Shown here in pieces: positions 14,001 through 26,338 of a stretch of 41,026 bases of DNA. Location: positions 126,961 through 167,986 of the IMG/VR virus record IMGVR_UViG_3300021255_000060; one strand, written 5' to 3'. The stretch comes from a virus (Duplodnaviria > Heunggongvirae > Uroviricota > Caudoviricetes). The notes beneath the pieces are model-generated. The model was not told the DNA's origin. It did not search any database and saw nothing but the letters and a program-made list of their open reading frames with translations. The number at the start of each line of letters is the position of its first letter. Positions within the stretch are counted from its first letter, which is position 1. A program made the position numbers and the translations under genes.

Positions 14001-17000
14001 CAATGCAGAATCTAGTAAAAAATGTCGCTGGAGCAGGTGGATATTTATTTAACGCAATCGGAAAAGTACCAATACCATGTGATGAATTACTTCCTGGCGA
14101 AGATAAAAACCAAAGAGCTTATCATGATGCAACTATTACATACGATCCTGTAACAGATAAAGATGTTGTAACAACATATGTTAGTGATGTAACTAGACAG
14201 TATGTAAGAACAAGAGATGAAAATGGAAATCATTATACTCCGCATACATCATCTGAAATAGATGTTACTAGTGTCGGTAATTTAATACAATGTATTATTG
14301 ACGATTCTGAAAATGATCATAGAGCACCTTTAGATTATCCAAGTTTAGTATATTATTATACTACATGCATGGCATTAGGTCTTGTTGACTCTGTTGAAAA
14401 GAACTTAAACATTAAAACTTGATCTGCAGCACCAAACGGCAATAATTCTAAATGTGGATTATTCTTCTATGATATGGATACTGCATTGGGAAAAGATAAC
14501 TCTGGTGCAAAGACATCTTATTTTGCTTTTTCTGATTATTGAAAATCTAATATTACTAGATATGATTCTTCGGGTAATGTTATTCCAGATGATGATACAA
14601 TCACAGAAGCAGTGAGAATTGTTAATAATGGTATTACTAATTTTAGAGATACCTTCTTATTTGATTCTGGAGTAAAAGGATATGATACTCCAAGTTCATT
14701 CTTATTTGCAATTGCAAAATATGCATATCATGTAAATTCAGAAGTAAGAGATAATTTCAATTTAATGTTCCCTCAACAGATTTATGCTCAATGAAGAACA
14801 TTAAATGGTCCGCTATCTTCCGCTGATAATTTTATAGAGAAGTATTTTGCATCTAATTTGAAAGATGTACCTGGTTTTCTTATTAATCTTAATTATAGAA
14901 ACAAATATCTTTATGATTATGATGAACAAAAAAATACTTTTGGACATTCTGATAGACTACATGGCATTGGCGTAGAAGAAACAAGAGATTGATTAAGAGG
15001 TCGTCTTAGAATTCTTGATGCTTATTTTAATGTTAATAAAGTTAATATCAACATAACTACTACAATTCCTGAAAAACAAAACGAAGTAACGTTAACAGAT
15101 AATCCAGACGTTTATCTTTTTAGTGATATTTTTTCTAATGGAACAACTGGTTTACAACGTAATCAAGATATGCGATTTACTGTTACTGCTCCAGATTATT
15201 CCCCACTTGTAGCTAGATATGGCGGTGATTATAAATGATATATATTTGAGGATTCTAATATAGCATATGAAACATATGTTCCTTCAAATGGTACTCAATA
15301 TATTATACTTGGTGGTTCTCAACTATGAAGAACTTTGGATTCAATTGATTCGTTTGTTATATCTAAAACAGATTCTAGTAGTTCATTTATATTTGATTCA
15401 GATATTATTGAACATATGATTGGTTCTTCTGGTACTCAAACCGGAAACTGAGTAGTAAATGGCCCATCTTTGGAAGAAATATCATTAACTAGTAGTAATT
15501 ATTCTGGTACTTTAGCGCTAAACAATAGTTTTTATAGTTTAAATAGTGTAAATATTAGCAATTCAAAGATATCTTTATCTGCTAGAGAATGTCCAATTAA
15601 AATAGTAATAGCTAGAAACGTAAAAGGAAATGCAAATATTGAAATTGTAAACTGCTCCGATTTGCAAAATGTTGATCTTACTGGAGCTACACTTCAGAAA
15701 TGTGAAATACGTCCAGCATGAACAAATAATATTAATTTTAGTAGTGTTTATGCTAAAAATGTTATATTGGAAAGTAAAACTCCAGGTACATTTACTGCTA
15801 AAAGTAATGCCTCTCTAACTGATATTACTTTAACTAATTTTGAAAACATTAACATTGATAATTGTTCCAATTTAAAATCGGTGCAGTGTAATGATGAATC
15901 AGCAATAGTTAAAAAGATGACTGTTACAAGTTGTCCGTCTCTTACTAAATTAGTATTAACTGCAGATAATTTGGAGGAACTTAATCTTTCAGGATGTACA
16001 GCACTAAAAGAAATTACTTTAAATGGCACATCTTTCAATAAGTTGAAAATTCTTGGCTTAGGTAATACTCAAGTATCAAAAATGACAATTGGTGGAGTAG
16101 TATATGATAATGGAAATCTTGATTTAACAATGTTCCCATTGTTGTCTAAGTCTACTAGTGGATCATATGTAAGTTTTTATAGTAATCCTGGAGTAGTTTC
16201 TATTAAGTTTGATAATAGTAGTGATACATATTTACGTGTAGATACCAATATCTCTTCTTCAGCCGCTCCGTTCTATAACTGTTCTAATCTTGAGAGAATT
16301 TACGGTTCATTTATTATCATGTGTAATGATTGTTTTTATAAATGCGGTAAATTTTCAATACATGGTTCTGATTTAACACAAGTTACTTGAAATGGGCAAA
16401 GTGTATTAAATGGACAGAAAGTTAAGCACCCTTTAGACTTTACAGGAATTAGAACAATTAATGATTGCTGACCAAGAATAGCAAATGTTACAAATATGCG
16501 ATTTGGAGGAAATTATGCTAGAAATGCATTTAGAGAAACGAATTGCACTATATTTGATATATATTACATATTGTTTGGGTGTAATAATTTACTTTTATCT
16601 TTATCTGAAACTTTTTTCGAGTTAAAAAATTACACATACGGTGAATTTAATTGAACTAATTCAGCAGATAATAGTCCTGATAGAAGAATGTTTAATAATT
16701 GTGGTAATGTACAAAGCATGAGCCAAACGTTTTATCGTACTGGAACTGGAGGAAGTAAATCTATTAGGTTGTTCTCTCCTAGTACAAATCCAATTATTAC
16801 ATCTGATCCAGATCCTTATGCGCGTAGTGTTATTGCAGATGATGGATTATTTTCGCCATTGGTTAATTTAACAAGTTACAGTAGAGTGTTTTTGGGATAT
16901 ACTACATATATTGATAGATTTATTTGGCAAAGATCTCAATTATCAACGTACAATAAGCTTAAAACTATAAATGGTTTTTCTGCTCAATATATAGTCAATC

Positions 17001-19015
17001 GAAACGTAAATGCACTTAATTACAATAATAGAGCTGAATTATCGTATTCCGAATATGGCAACTTAACTGATTTCTTTAAGTGTATTCCTGAACTTTCAGG
17101 TGCGATATATGGTTTATTTAATACAACAAAAACAATAGATTACGATACTGTTTCTGGAATTCCTGATGGAATAACAACACTTTGAAGATGTTTTAGAAGT
17201 ACTGGTGGACGTGGAACAATTGATCTTAATAGAATGTTTAGTAGTTCATCTAATTTAACTTCTATTTTACATAGTTTTATTGCAGTTGGTAGCTCTACAA
17301 CTACAGTTGAAAGTCCTTTATTAGAATTAACTGATGATACTTTTGCTAATTTAACAAAATTAACAAGAATTGGTTATTCGGATGATAATACAAATTATCC
17401 TAGTGGAAATGAACTAACTACAAAATATAGTTTTTCAGGAATAGTTAGAAAATCTTATGAGAATGAATTTCCATTTGATATTTTTGCAAATCACCCAGAT
17501 TTAACTATGGCTTGTGGTATATTTATGAATGCTACTGGTTCTGTGCAAAACCTGCAATTACCAGGAAGATTATTTGAAAACAATAGTAAATTGGAAGAAT
17601 GTTCTGCATTATTTTATAATTTGAATAACGGTACAAATAAATATTCTATATCCGAAACTCATCCAATTTCTTACACCAAAGATAGTGGAAATGCTACAAA
17701 GATTGTGGCAGTAATAGATCCAAGTTCTGGAAGTCCAAACTTTACTAATTGTTCAAATCTTAGAAGGGTTGATTATATGTTTGCAAGTCCAAGTGGTAAT
17801 ACATTCCCGCAATTAACTGGAATGATTCCTAGAAATTTATTCTGACATGGATTAGATGTAGCTAGTAAAATTGTTACTATTAGAGGTACGAACACTAGAA
17901 TATTACATGAGGAAGATACAACTTACTATGAATATATTGAAGAAGATCCAATAGAACAATGGCAAATAGTTCCTTCTGCAACTATAACCGATATTAATAA
18001 TTGTTTTCAACATTGTGATTGTTCTCCATACATTAATATGAATCCAGAATACGAAAAAAATCCAAATTATAGTCCTTTCTTATATGTGTATGAAAATAAT
18101 CGTTGAAAAGAAAACACAAAACGTGACACATTTGAAAATACATATATTTGATCGTATGATGGATATAATGATTATTCTAATGTATGAAGTAATTCTGATG
18201 TTCTTGATTTTGTAGATTGAAATAGAGAAAACATATTTGAAGCTAGAACAGCAAGTTATTCACAAGAACATGATGTTCTTCCAAGTGCACAAAGAACCTT
18301 TATATGTCCTCCAGATTTGTTAAGATTCTGCACAAAATCTGCAAGAATACAAGGATTATTTGCATATTCTGGCGCAACTGGAATGAATACTACATATCAT
18401 AATGAAAGTTTATATAATTATGGTGGTAAATATGCATTTGGATTAAAGGGTAGGATTTGTCCGTATTTATTAAAGCCTGTTTCTGATACAGTAAATGTTT
18501 CTTCAATGTTTGCGTATTGCAAATGTTTAAGTTATATTAGAGATTACGAAGATAACGTAGATTATATGTTACCAGAAACATTCTTCTCTTATACAAAGAA
18601 TGTAAGTAATTTGAGATCTTTGTTCTCGTATACTATACAACCACATTTGATAACATTAAGAAATTGTTTTAAACCTTTAATTCAACCGCTTGAATTAAAT
18701 AATATATTCTATCGTTGTTATTGAAGTGGCTTAAGTGATAGTAAAACACTTATATCTGAGGTATTCAGAACTAATCAGTTAAAGAGTGTTGTAGAAGCAT
18801 TTGCAATGTCTGACAGTAATCAAGACGGTTATCCAAGATCACAATATATTACATTTGAAAATATATTCCCATCTTCTTATGCAGCAGCAAGATACGCTTC
18901 AGATTCAAATTTCTCAAAAGCGTTCTTTGGTTATAGTAGTTCATCGTATGTTACTCATGAAGATCCAAAAACTCTTCCTGATAATACAGAGACTAGAAAC
19001 TATACATATGTTTAA
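11054..19015 (+). CDS. Giant putative virion protein, 2653 aa with TGA=Trp: CotH-like kinase domain followed by LRR and BspA/DUF285-like repeats
   Basis: Frame checked by hand; no TAA/TAG until 19013. CotH-like LQGSST..KN, FTLKAD.VDSSHSNN, YLGIYNFNLGR, VDSVEKN (14384), FYDMD (14465), RDWLRGRL.ILDAYF. LRR-like units ~15450-16300 and FxNxxxLxxxxxxF repeats ~17200-18700. Confidence 0.82.
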
Positions 19016-19030
19016 TAAAAATCAATATTT

Positions 19031-19070
19031 GGCTTTTGGTGTGTTATAAAACACGCCAAAGGCCTTTTAT
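19031..19070 (+). terminator. Rho-independent terminator
   Basis: GGCTTTTGGTGTGTT-ataa-AACACGCCAAAGGCC (15-bp stem, two G-U pairs) followed by TTTTAT, just after the 19015 stop. Confidence 0.85.
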
Positions 19071-19106
19071 TGATAATAAAATCGAATTTTTAAATCTCAA
19101 TATTTT

Positions 19107-19120
19107 TTTGTATATTTGCG
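19107..19120 (+). promoter_or_regulatory. Bacteroidota sigma70-type promoter, -7 element (TAnnTTTG)
   Basis: TTTGTATATTTGCG, identical to copies at 37389 and 39044; intergenic, after a terminator and 15 nt before an ATG. Confidence 0.8.
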
Positions 19121-19135
19121 AAAAATTAGCAGAAT

Positions 19136-19660
19136 ATGAAAGATATAAAAATTAAATATAACGATACTTTTGGAACAATTCACTCTAGAGATTATTATAA
19201 AGGTAAATCCTTTCATTTTGCTGGAGAATGAGTTCCAGGAGCTCACTATTTTAGTGACGATTATAACGTAGACTTTGTAACAAAAGATAATTGTTTACTA
19301 GCATGTGCAAGAAGTCATTTCTCTACATTAGATAAAGAACCAAAAGACTTTATCTATGATGATAATGGTTCTGCAATAGGCATTGCTTCTAGATATTGGG
19401 ATTTTGTACTGTGCGGTTTAAAGGGTATTTCTCCAAGAATTAAAGTAGAAGATGGAGGTTGATGGATCTCTTATAATAATGGTAAAACTTGAGAGAAATT
19501 AACAGACATAATTGATACTTATTGGGGAGATGAAACAGATACAACCATTAATCTATCAGTCAATAAAGTAAGCAAAACGTTATTAACTAATATAAAAGTT
19601 ATAACGGATGAGGATATAGATGATATAATGGAAGATTTTAATATATTTGCTCATGAGTAA
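19136..19660 (+). CDS. Hypothetical structural protein, 174 aa with TGA=Trp; paralogous to the N-terminus of the 6493 protein
   Basis: Absent from the ORF track because of three TGA. KGKSFHFAGEW..DFV...YWDFVL resembles RGHSFNWAGHW..DFV...FWEFVL in the 6493 protein. Confidence 0.75.
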
Positions 19661-20117
19661 TGATAAGTTTTTAACTTTATCTGGATTACGGCATGTGATT
19701 TCAGATTTAAAAAGTTATTTAGATGGAAAAGAATATATTATATCTTCTGCTCTAAATGACTTAGATAGTAGATTGATTGATCAATCACTTGGAATACAAT
19801 ATGATACTACTGCAGGATGAAATAGTAAAACTGGATATATTCCAAAAAAAGGAGCATTAATTATATATTCTGACTATACAACTGTTGATAGAAATGGAAG
19901 AACGCTTCTTGTTCCAGGTATTAAAATAGGTAGTGGAAATGCATATGTACAAGATTTAGCTTTTATAGATGAGGCTCTTGCTAAAAAGTTAGTTAATCAT
20001 ATTAACAATAATATAATGCATACAAATGCAGATGAAAAATCTTTTTGAAATAATAAAATAAACGTAGATGATTCTGCAGAAGTTGTAAATGAATCATTAA
20101 TTTTTAATAGAAACTAA
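19653..20117 (+). CDS. Putative tail-fibre-associated protein, 154 aa with TGA=Trp
   Basis: ATG overlaps the previous stop; two in-frame TGA; TAA 20115-20117, next ATG at 20119. Confidence 0.72.
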
Positions 20118-20118
20118 A

Positions 20119-21171
20119 ATGGCTTTTAACGATACAACTCCATATATTTCGAAGGTTACATTACCTTCTGGTAATACATATAATATAAAAGATGCTGCTG
20201 CACGTGAAGCAATTGCTGCATTAGAAGGAGGATCTTATTTCTTAGGTGTAACAACTACACCTTTAACTGATCAAGCAACAACTAATCCAATTACAGTAGA
20301 TGGAAAATCTGTAACTGTTACAAATGGTAACATTGTTGTATACGGTAATGCTGAATTTATTTGAAATGGTAGTAAGTGGATAGAGTTTGGCGATCTTTCT
20401 AATCTTGGAGCACTTGCTACTAAAAGTAATGTTACATTAAATAAAGGCACAGGTATAAATGTAGTCAGTGGTTATTCTAATCCAACTACAGATAAAGTTC
20501 TTGGTAGTGATGCAACTTTTACTACTACTGTTACTCCAACTACAACCAATGTTAAGGCTACTGCATCTGGTACTGCTGTTGGTGCTAATGGTACTGCGGC
20601 AGCTATTACTGGTTTTGGCACACATAGTACGGATACTTTTGTTAAATCTGTATCTGTAACGCAAGGAAATAAACTTGTAACTACTACAGTTCCTAATGTT
20701 ACTGGTAATACCAATGTTACTGCTAACAAATCAAATTGAGATTTTGCAATGGGATCTGGAGATGCTGCAGAAACATTAATTATTTCTGGAGGTAATGGGA
20801 GTGATGTAACTGCATCTAAAGTCACTCTTGGAACAGCAATCACTGTTGCCACAGGTAGTGCTACAGCTTCTGGTACTGGTGCAGCACTTGTTACTGGTGT
20901 AACAGTTGGTGATTCTGCTACTGCTATTACTGCACTTGGAACTCCTACAACATCTAATTGTTTAACTGGAGTAAAAGTTACTGCACAGCCTACTATTTCT
21001 CTTGCTACTGGTGCTACTGCAGGAACTGGTGTTGTTTCTGTTGCAACTGGTATTACTTCTGCAACAACAACTACAAATAATAAAGATGAAGTTACAACAA
21101 TTACTGGACTTGGTACTGCATCTACACAAAAGGTTGCAAAGTATGATGATTTATCTGTTAGTGTTTCTTAA
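20119..21171 (+). CDS. Thr/Ala/Gly/Val-rich putative tail fibre or spike protein, 350 aa with TGA=Trp
   Basis: Joins ORFs 20119 and 20749 across two TGA (FIWNGSKWIEFG); low-complexity beta-rich composition. Confidence 0.75.
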
Positions 21172-21183
21172 ATATAATTTATT

Positions 21184-24100
21184 ATGGCTGCAGAAATAGG
21201 TACTAATATTAGAAAAGTTCAAACTCCAGATGGAGTCATTCATCCAATACACGATGAAAGAATTCCTGCGGTTGATGCCACACCTACTTCCGGTAGCACA
21301 AATGTCGTTGAATCTGGTGGTATAAAAGAAGCTATAATGGAAAGTGCTGGTGAAGTTATTATTGGCACTCAAACTGCTGCAACTGGCAACTGGACAGGAG
21401 TATCTAAACTTGCCACGGCTTCTGACATGAAGTCTGGCTATCGGTTTACCTACTGATTGCCGTATGCCGGTAGCGGTAATGCTACACTGACGCTTACTTT
21501 CCAGGATGGGACTACCAAGGCAATCGATTGTTATTATAGTGGTAATTCAAGATTAACGACTCATATTGCTGCTGGCAATAAGATTGATTTCTGTTATCTG
21601 GAAAATGCAAATGTTGCCGGAACAAGGTATACTGGCGCATGGATTGATAGAGGCTATGATACTAATAGCTATGATAGGGTTCTATCAAGTTTCGAACGAA
21701 GATATATTTATTCCTCTGAAACGCCTCTTTATAGATATAAATTGTGCGGATATAATAATGGTAAAATTGTTCCATTAACAATAACGAATCAAACAGACGG
21801 AACGATAGTAGATAAAAACCCAGTTGATATTGGGATAGATCCGAACATGGGGCTTGTCTATTATTGGACTACTACAAATGTTACATCGACCTCAACGCCA
21901 ATAGGCTCTCTTTATAATGAGTTAGCCTTATCTGCGACTCAATACGCTTTCAATGATACCGTCCCAGCCTCCGTCGATGTATATTTGAAAGGCGATATTA
22001 AAGATGATGGGCTATTTTACCTTGATACTACCACGCATAAATCGTGGTATGTATTCGCTAAGAATAGAGCACTGGATGGAGAATATAATTCTGCATTTAA
22101 TGTCGGATGTTATTATATGCTTGTTGGCACAACTCCAGGCAATAATAGCATGCAGTTCAAATACAATAACCCAGTTTTCTTATTTAATGGAGAAAAACTA
22201 ATCCCGCTTGAAGAAGTAAAACTTGGCAATCCAGAAGAAAGCACAGAATTTACAATACGGAAAAGCCCCTCAATCTACAAGAATTATGTTCTTACGAAAG
22301 AAGTTAATGGCAGGACTTTAGTATGGAATCAGCTTATTAAAACATTTGACAGTGCGGAAATTAAACCAACCGCCACAGCTGCCTTTTCATATGATGGGAA
22401 TTCTGCAACATCTAATTCATGGAACGCATTTAATCCATTTCGATTCAATATTGGACTTAGCTCAAAAGCGGGCCACTATTTTTATGTTAACGTAAATTAT
22501 TCAACGGATTCAACACCTTCTTTATTTCTTCAATTTGCCGGACAGAATATTCCCAATGTATCGACTACTGGTATTATAAAGAGAATATTCCAAGCAACGG
22601 CACCTTCTGGTGCGAATATTGACTATTTCTCGGTATATGCAGCCGTTGCACAAACAAATGTAATATTAAAGGATTTGTTTGTTATCGACCTCACCCTTAT
22701 GTTCGGTGCGGGTAATGAGCCATTAACTGTTGAAGAGTTTGAAAAACTATTCCCACTGTCTTACTACGACTACAATCCTGGCGAGTTAATTTCGTTCAAT
22801 GCAACTGGGATTGAAACGACTGGGTTTAACCAGTGGGATGAAGAAAGCGAAGACGGCACGTTTGATCAAACTACTGGTGAAAAGATTAATGGAGCTTTGC
22901 ATAGGAGTAAAAATCCGATTTCCGTTTTACCTAATACTGATTATTATTTCAAAAGAGCCGCCGGTGCCGCAAGGTTGTTTTTCTATGATTCCAAATATGA
23001 GCTCATTTCAAGTTTGTATACAACCGATTCCGGAGTATTCACGACTCCGCAATCTTGTCAATACATCAATTTTGCGATAGCCAATCCTACGTGGGACGGA
23101 GTTGACATTTGTATCAATATCTCCGATCCCTCCAAGAACGGAACATACGAACCATACAAGAAATCTACGCTTACATTGGATGTTCCTTCTATGACTTACA
23201 ACAATGTGCAGATATTCCCAGATGGAATGAGGTCTGCTGGAAGTGTTTATGATTCTGCCGTTGTTGATTCTGATGGGTATATTCGAAAGGTTACGAAGAG
23301 GATTGGCGGTGTTGATTTGGGGGATTTTGATTATAACAAATCAAGTTCTGGAGTAGAATTTTATAGGACAACAAATGATTTTCCGGAAGGACGAGCAAAG
23401 TCTGCTACGCGTAATGCGGTTGCTTCAAGTTATTATACTGGTTATGGTCCTTCTTCGGTAGAGCAAACATTTGCATTTGATAGTACGGTCGCTGTATATT
23501 TTAGGACATCTGAATATTCTGATGCAGCTACCTTTAAGGCGGCAATGTCCGGAATAATGTTCTACTATGAACTCGCTACTCCGGTAGAATACACTCTCGA
23601 TAATCCAATCTTCGTAGGCACAGAATATTATACTGGAGGTATACAGAAAGTTGTTCCGGAGAATACATCTGAACCAACCACGACTCCGTTTAATGGTAAG
23701 TTCATATATAGTGATACAAGTTTTGTCGAGAAACAGGATAAGCTGACGTTTGATACAACTCCAACAGAGAATAGCGTAAATCCAGTTACAAGCGGTGGAG
23801 TATATAACGCTATAGAATCATCAACTGTTTGAGAAAGAGGTAGTGGTAGTAATAGTGTTCAAACAAAAGGTTCCGGTAGTACTGCAGATGGAGATTATTC
23901 TGTTGCAGAAGGAGAATCTACTATTGCTAAAGGTGTTTCATCTCATGCCGAAGGACGTGGTAATGTAGCGTACGGTAAGAGATCTCATGCAGAAGGATGA
24001 GTTACTGTTGCAACAGGTGATAATTCACATGCTGAAGGAGTTGGTAGTACGGATATATCGATTACGGTTAGTAGTACAACATCTGACAAAACGTATACAG

Positions 24101-25905
24101 CTAGTAGTATAAATTATCTTAATGTTGGAAGTATTATTTATGGTGATAATGTTACAAAAGTAACAGCTATAGATACATCAACAAGAACAATCACTACAAA
24201 CGACGCATTATTTAATTCAGATGTAGAAAATGCTCCTGTTAAATATAAATCTTCTGGCGCTTTTGGAGCATCCTCTCATATAGAAGGTGTTATAACGAAA
24301 GCATTTGGAAGTGGATCTCACGCTGAAGGTTATAATACAACAGCATATGGCAACTTTTCTCATGCTGAAGGAACTGGTTCAAGTGCTGAAGGAAATAATG
24401 CACATGCTGAAGGGGATAATTCGCGTGCTAAAGGAATTGGTGCACATGCTGAAGGAGATAGTTCACAGGCGGAAGGTAATGCTTCTCATGCAGAAGGAAA
24501 TCGTTCATATTCATCAGGATGAGCATCTCATGCAGAAGGTATTGAAGGCGTTGCTGAAGCAGGTGCTTCTCATGCTGAAGGACGGTATACTTTAGCATCT
24601 GCAGATAATTCTCATGCAGAAGGACTTCAAACAGAGGCGCTTGGAAATAGTTCTCATGCAGAAGGAAATGAAACAAGTGCTCAGGGTATTGCTTCACACG
24701 CAGAGGGAGTAAATACTGAAGCGGTTGGTACAGGTTCTCATACAGAAGGAGTTGGTACACAAACAAATAATTATGGGGAACATGCAGAAGGATTGTATAA
24801 TAAATCAAATTCTATCACTATTAGTAGTATAGGTATTGGTGATTCTGATTCTAATAGAAAAAACGCATTAGAGTGTTTAAGTAACGGAAAAGTATATGTT
24901 TATAATGTTGGAGGGTATACAGGAAAGAGCGTATCAGGAAATAATCTCAGTGTTCACTTAGATACTAAAAATATTACTAGTAAAGAATGAAATTTTATAT
25001 TTGATATTCCAGAAGAGGATAATGGTCAGTATATGTGTTGTTTATATATTGATGATTTTCCTAATAGTGGTACTTGAGAAGATCGCGGATTTAGCACTCT
25101 TGCAGGTTTAATTCAAGCAATATGTACAGGAGAATACGATGAAGTTACAGAATCTAGTAATTATTGTTTATATGGCACTAATTTATTTATGCCTTTAAAT
25201 GAAGAAGTTGTATACGAAGGTGAAACATACACATTATGAAGTGCAATGGGTATTGTTAATGAACGAGATAAATTTAGTCGTATGCATGTGTATGGATTAT
25301 TACCTGAAGATGTCACCTATGAGCAATTGTATAATAATTCAATGGAAGTAGATGTTACTAATGAATATTATCCTTTTTCTATAATATCAACAGGAGAAAC
25401 ACCAGACGAAGGAGGAAATATTTATGCAAATTCTAGAAACTATAGGTTAATTAAAGCAAAACAAATATCTCATATATCTAATCCAATTGATACTAATCAT
25501 TCATCAACAATACAAAAAATAATCTTAGATGATTTTAGTGATTTCAGTTTTTATGCTCAGATGTATAATTATGGACAACCTAATGACATAAACGAGTTTA
25601 TTGATGAAATAAAAACTAATGGTTATTCAGGTGCAGAAACCTTTACTAATACTGGAGAAACTTTTACATATGAAGGTGTAGAGTATGATATTTGAATTAA
25701 TAATAGTGATGGATGCTATGGTGGATTAATGCCCCATAATATAACATATCAAGATTTATATCCACATTCTATAGAATGTGATAGTAAAAATATATATACA
25801 AAATATTGTCCGTTTGTAGTTAGATTTGATTATTGTGATGAAGAAACATTATATACAGATAGAGAAAATACAGATAATTATACAACATTAATTTGTGTTA
25901 TTTAG
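21184..25905 (+). CDS. Large mosaic tail fibre/adhesin with YadA-head-like SHAEG repeats, 1573 aa with TGA=Trp
   Basis: One frame from ATG 21184 to TAG 25903 joins ORFs 21184, 21457, 24793 and 25246; ~14-aa SHAEG repeats; duplicated C-terminal domain. Confidence 0.82.
23941..24792 (+). repeat. Coding tandem repeat: ~14-aa (42-nt) xSHAEGxxTxAxG units (trimeric-autotransporter head-like)
   Basis: About 15 TCTCATGCAGAAGG-like units in frame, interrupted once by a non-repeat insert at ~24050-24270. Confidence 0.85.
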
Positions 25906-25906
25906 T

Positions 25907-26338
25907 ATGAAGCCAATAAAAACTTTTAAAATGGGAAGTAGGGTATTTTTTGAAAATATGCCTGGATTTGAATCAAAAGATATTGATGAATTGTGTATAA
26001 TGGATGTATTTAATTTAAAGGGTAATAGTTTACATCTAAACGGGTTACATGGTAAGGATGTGTTTTTATATAAAGATATGTCTAAAGAAAGATTTATAGA
26101 AGATGCTGGTAAATTACCAATGAAAGTTGGTAAGTTTTTAGTTCCAGAATTTGCTGAATATCTAGGAATGACTATAGAGGATCTAAAAAAGCTAAAACCA
26201 ATAATTGATGCTATTGATGAAAAGCACGAATATGAAAAAGTAATTTTTGATTCTTATATAGAAAACAATGGATTTTATCTTACTGATGAGCAAAGAGAAC
26301 GAGCATTTAAGATATATAAAGAAAAAAGGAATCAATAA
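25907..26338 (+). CDS. Small Pol-beta-superfamily nucleotidyltransferase-like protein, 143 aa
   Basis: ATG 25907 preferred over TTG 25895. MGSRVFFENMPGFESKDIDELC fits the hG[GS]x9-13DhD signature. Confidence 0.6.
   Translation: MKPIKTFKMGSRVFFENMPGFESKDIDELCIMDVFNLKGNSLHLNGLHGKDVFLYKDMSKERFIEDAGKLPMKVGKFLVPEFAEYLGMTIEDLKKLKPIIDAIDEKHEYEKVIFDSYIENNGFYLTDEQRERAFKIYKEKRNQ

Noticed and set aside
807-19015. Fragmented ORFs interpreted as pseudogenes or sequencing errors
   Set aside because: Breaks are only in-frame TGA with no frameshifts, fall at Trp-like positions, and affect essential genes such as TerL and portal.
19642-19649. Additional TATATTTG promoter-like match
   Set aside because: It lies inside coding sequence 3 nt before the next ATG, lacks the extended 14-mer and is likely chance in AT-rich DNA.
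23941-24792. ~42-nt periodic repeats as a CRISPR array
   Set aside because: They are in-frame, degenerate at third positions, encode SHAEG protein repeats and have no unique-spacer/identical-repeat structure.
25033-25905. DGR template/variable repeat pair in the fibre tip
   Set aside because: The two copies are far too diverged, differences are not adenine-specific, and no reverse transcriptase is in the window.
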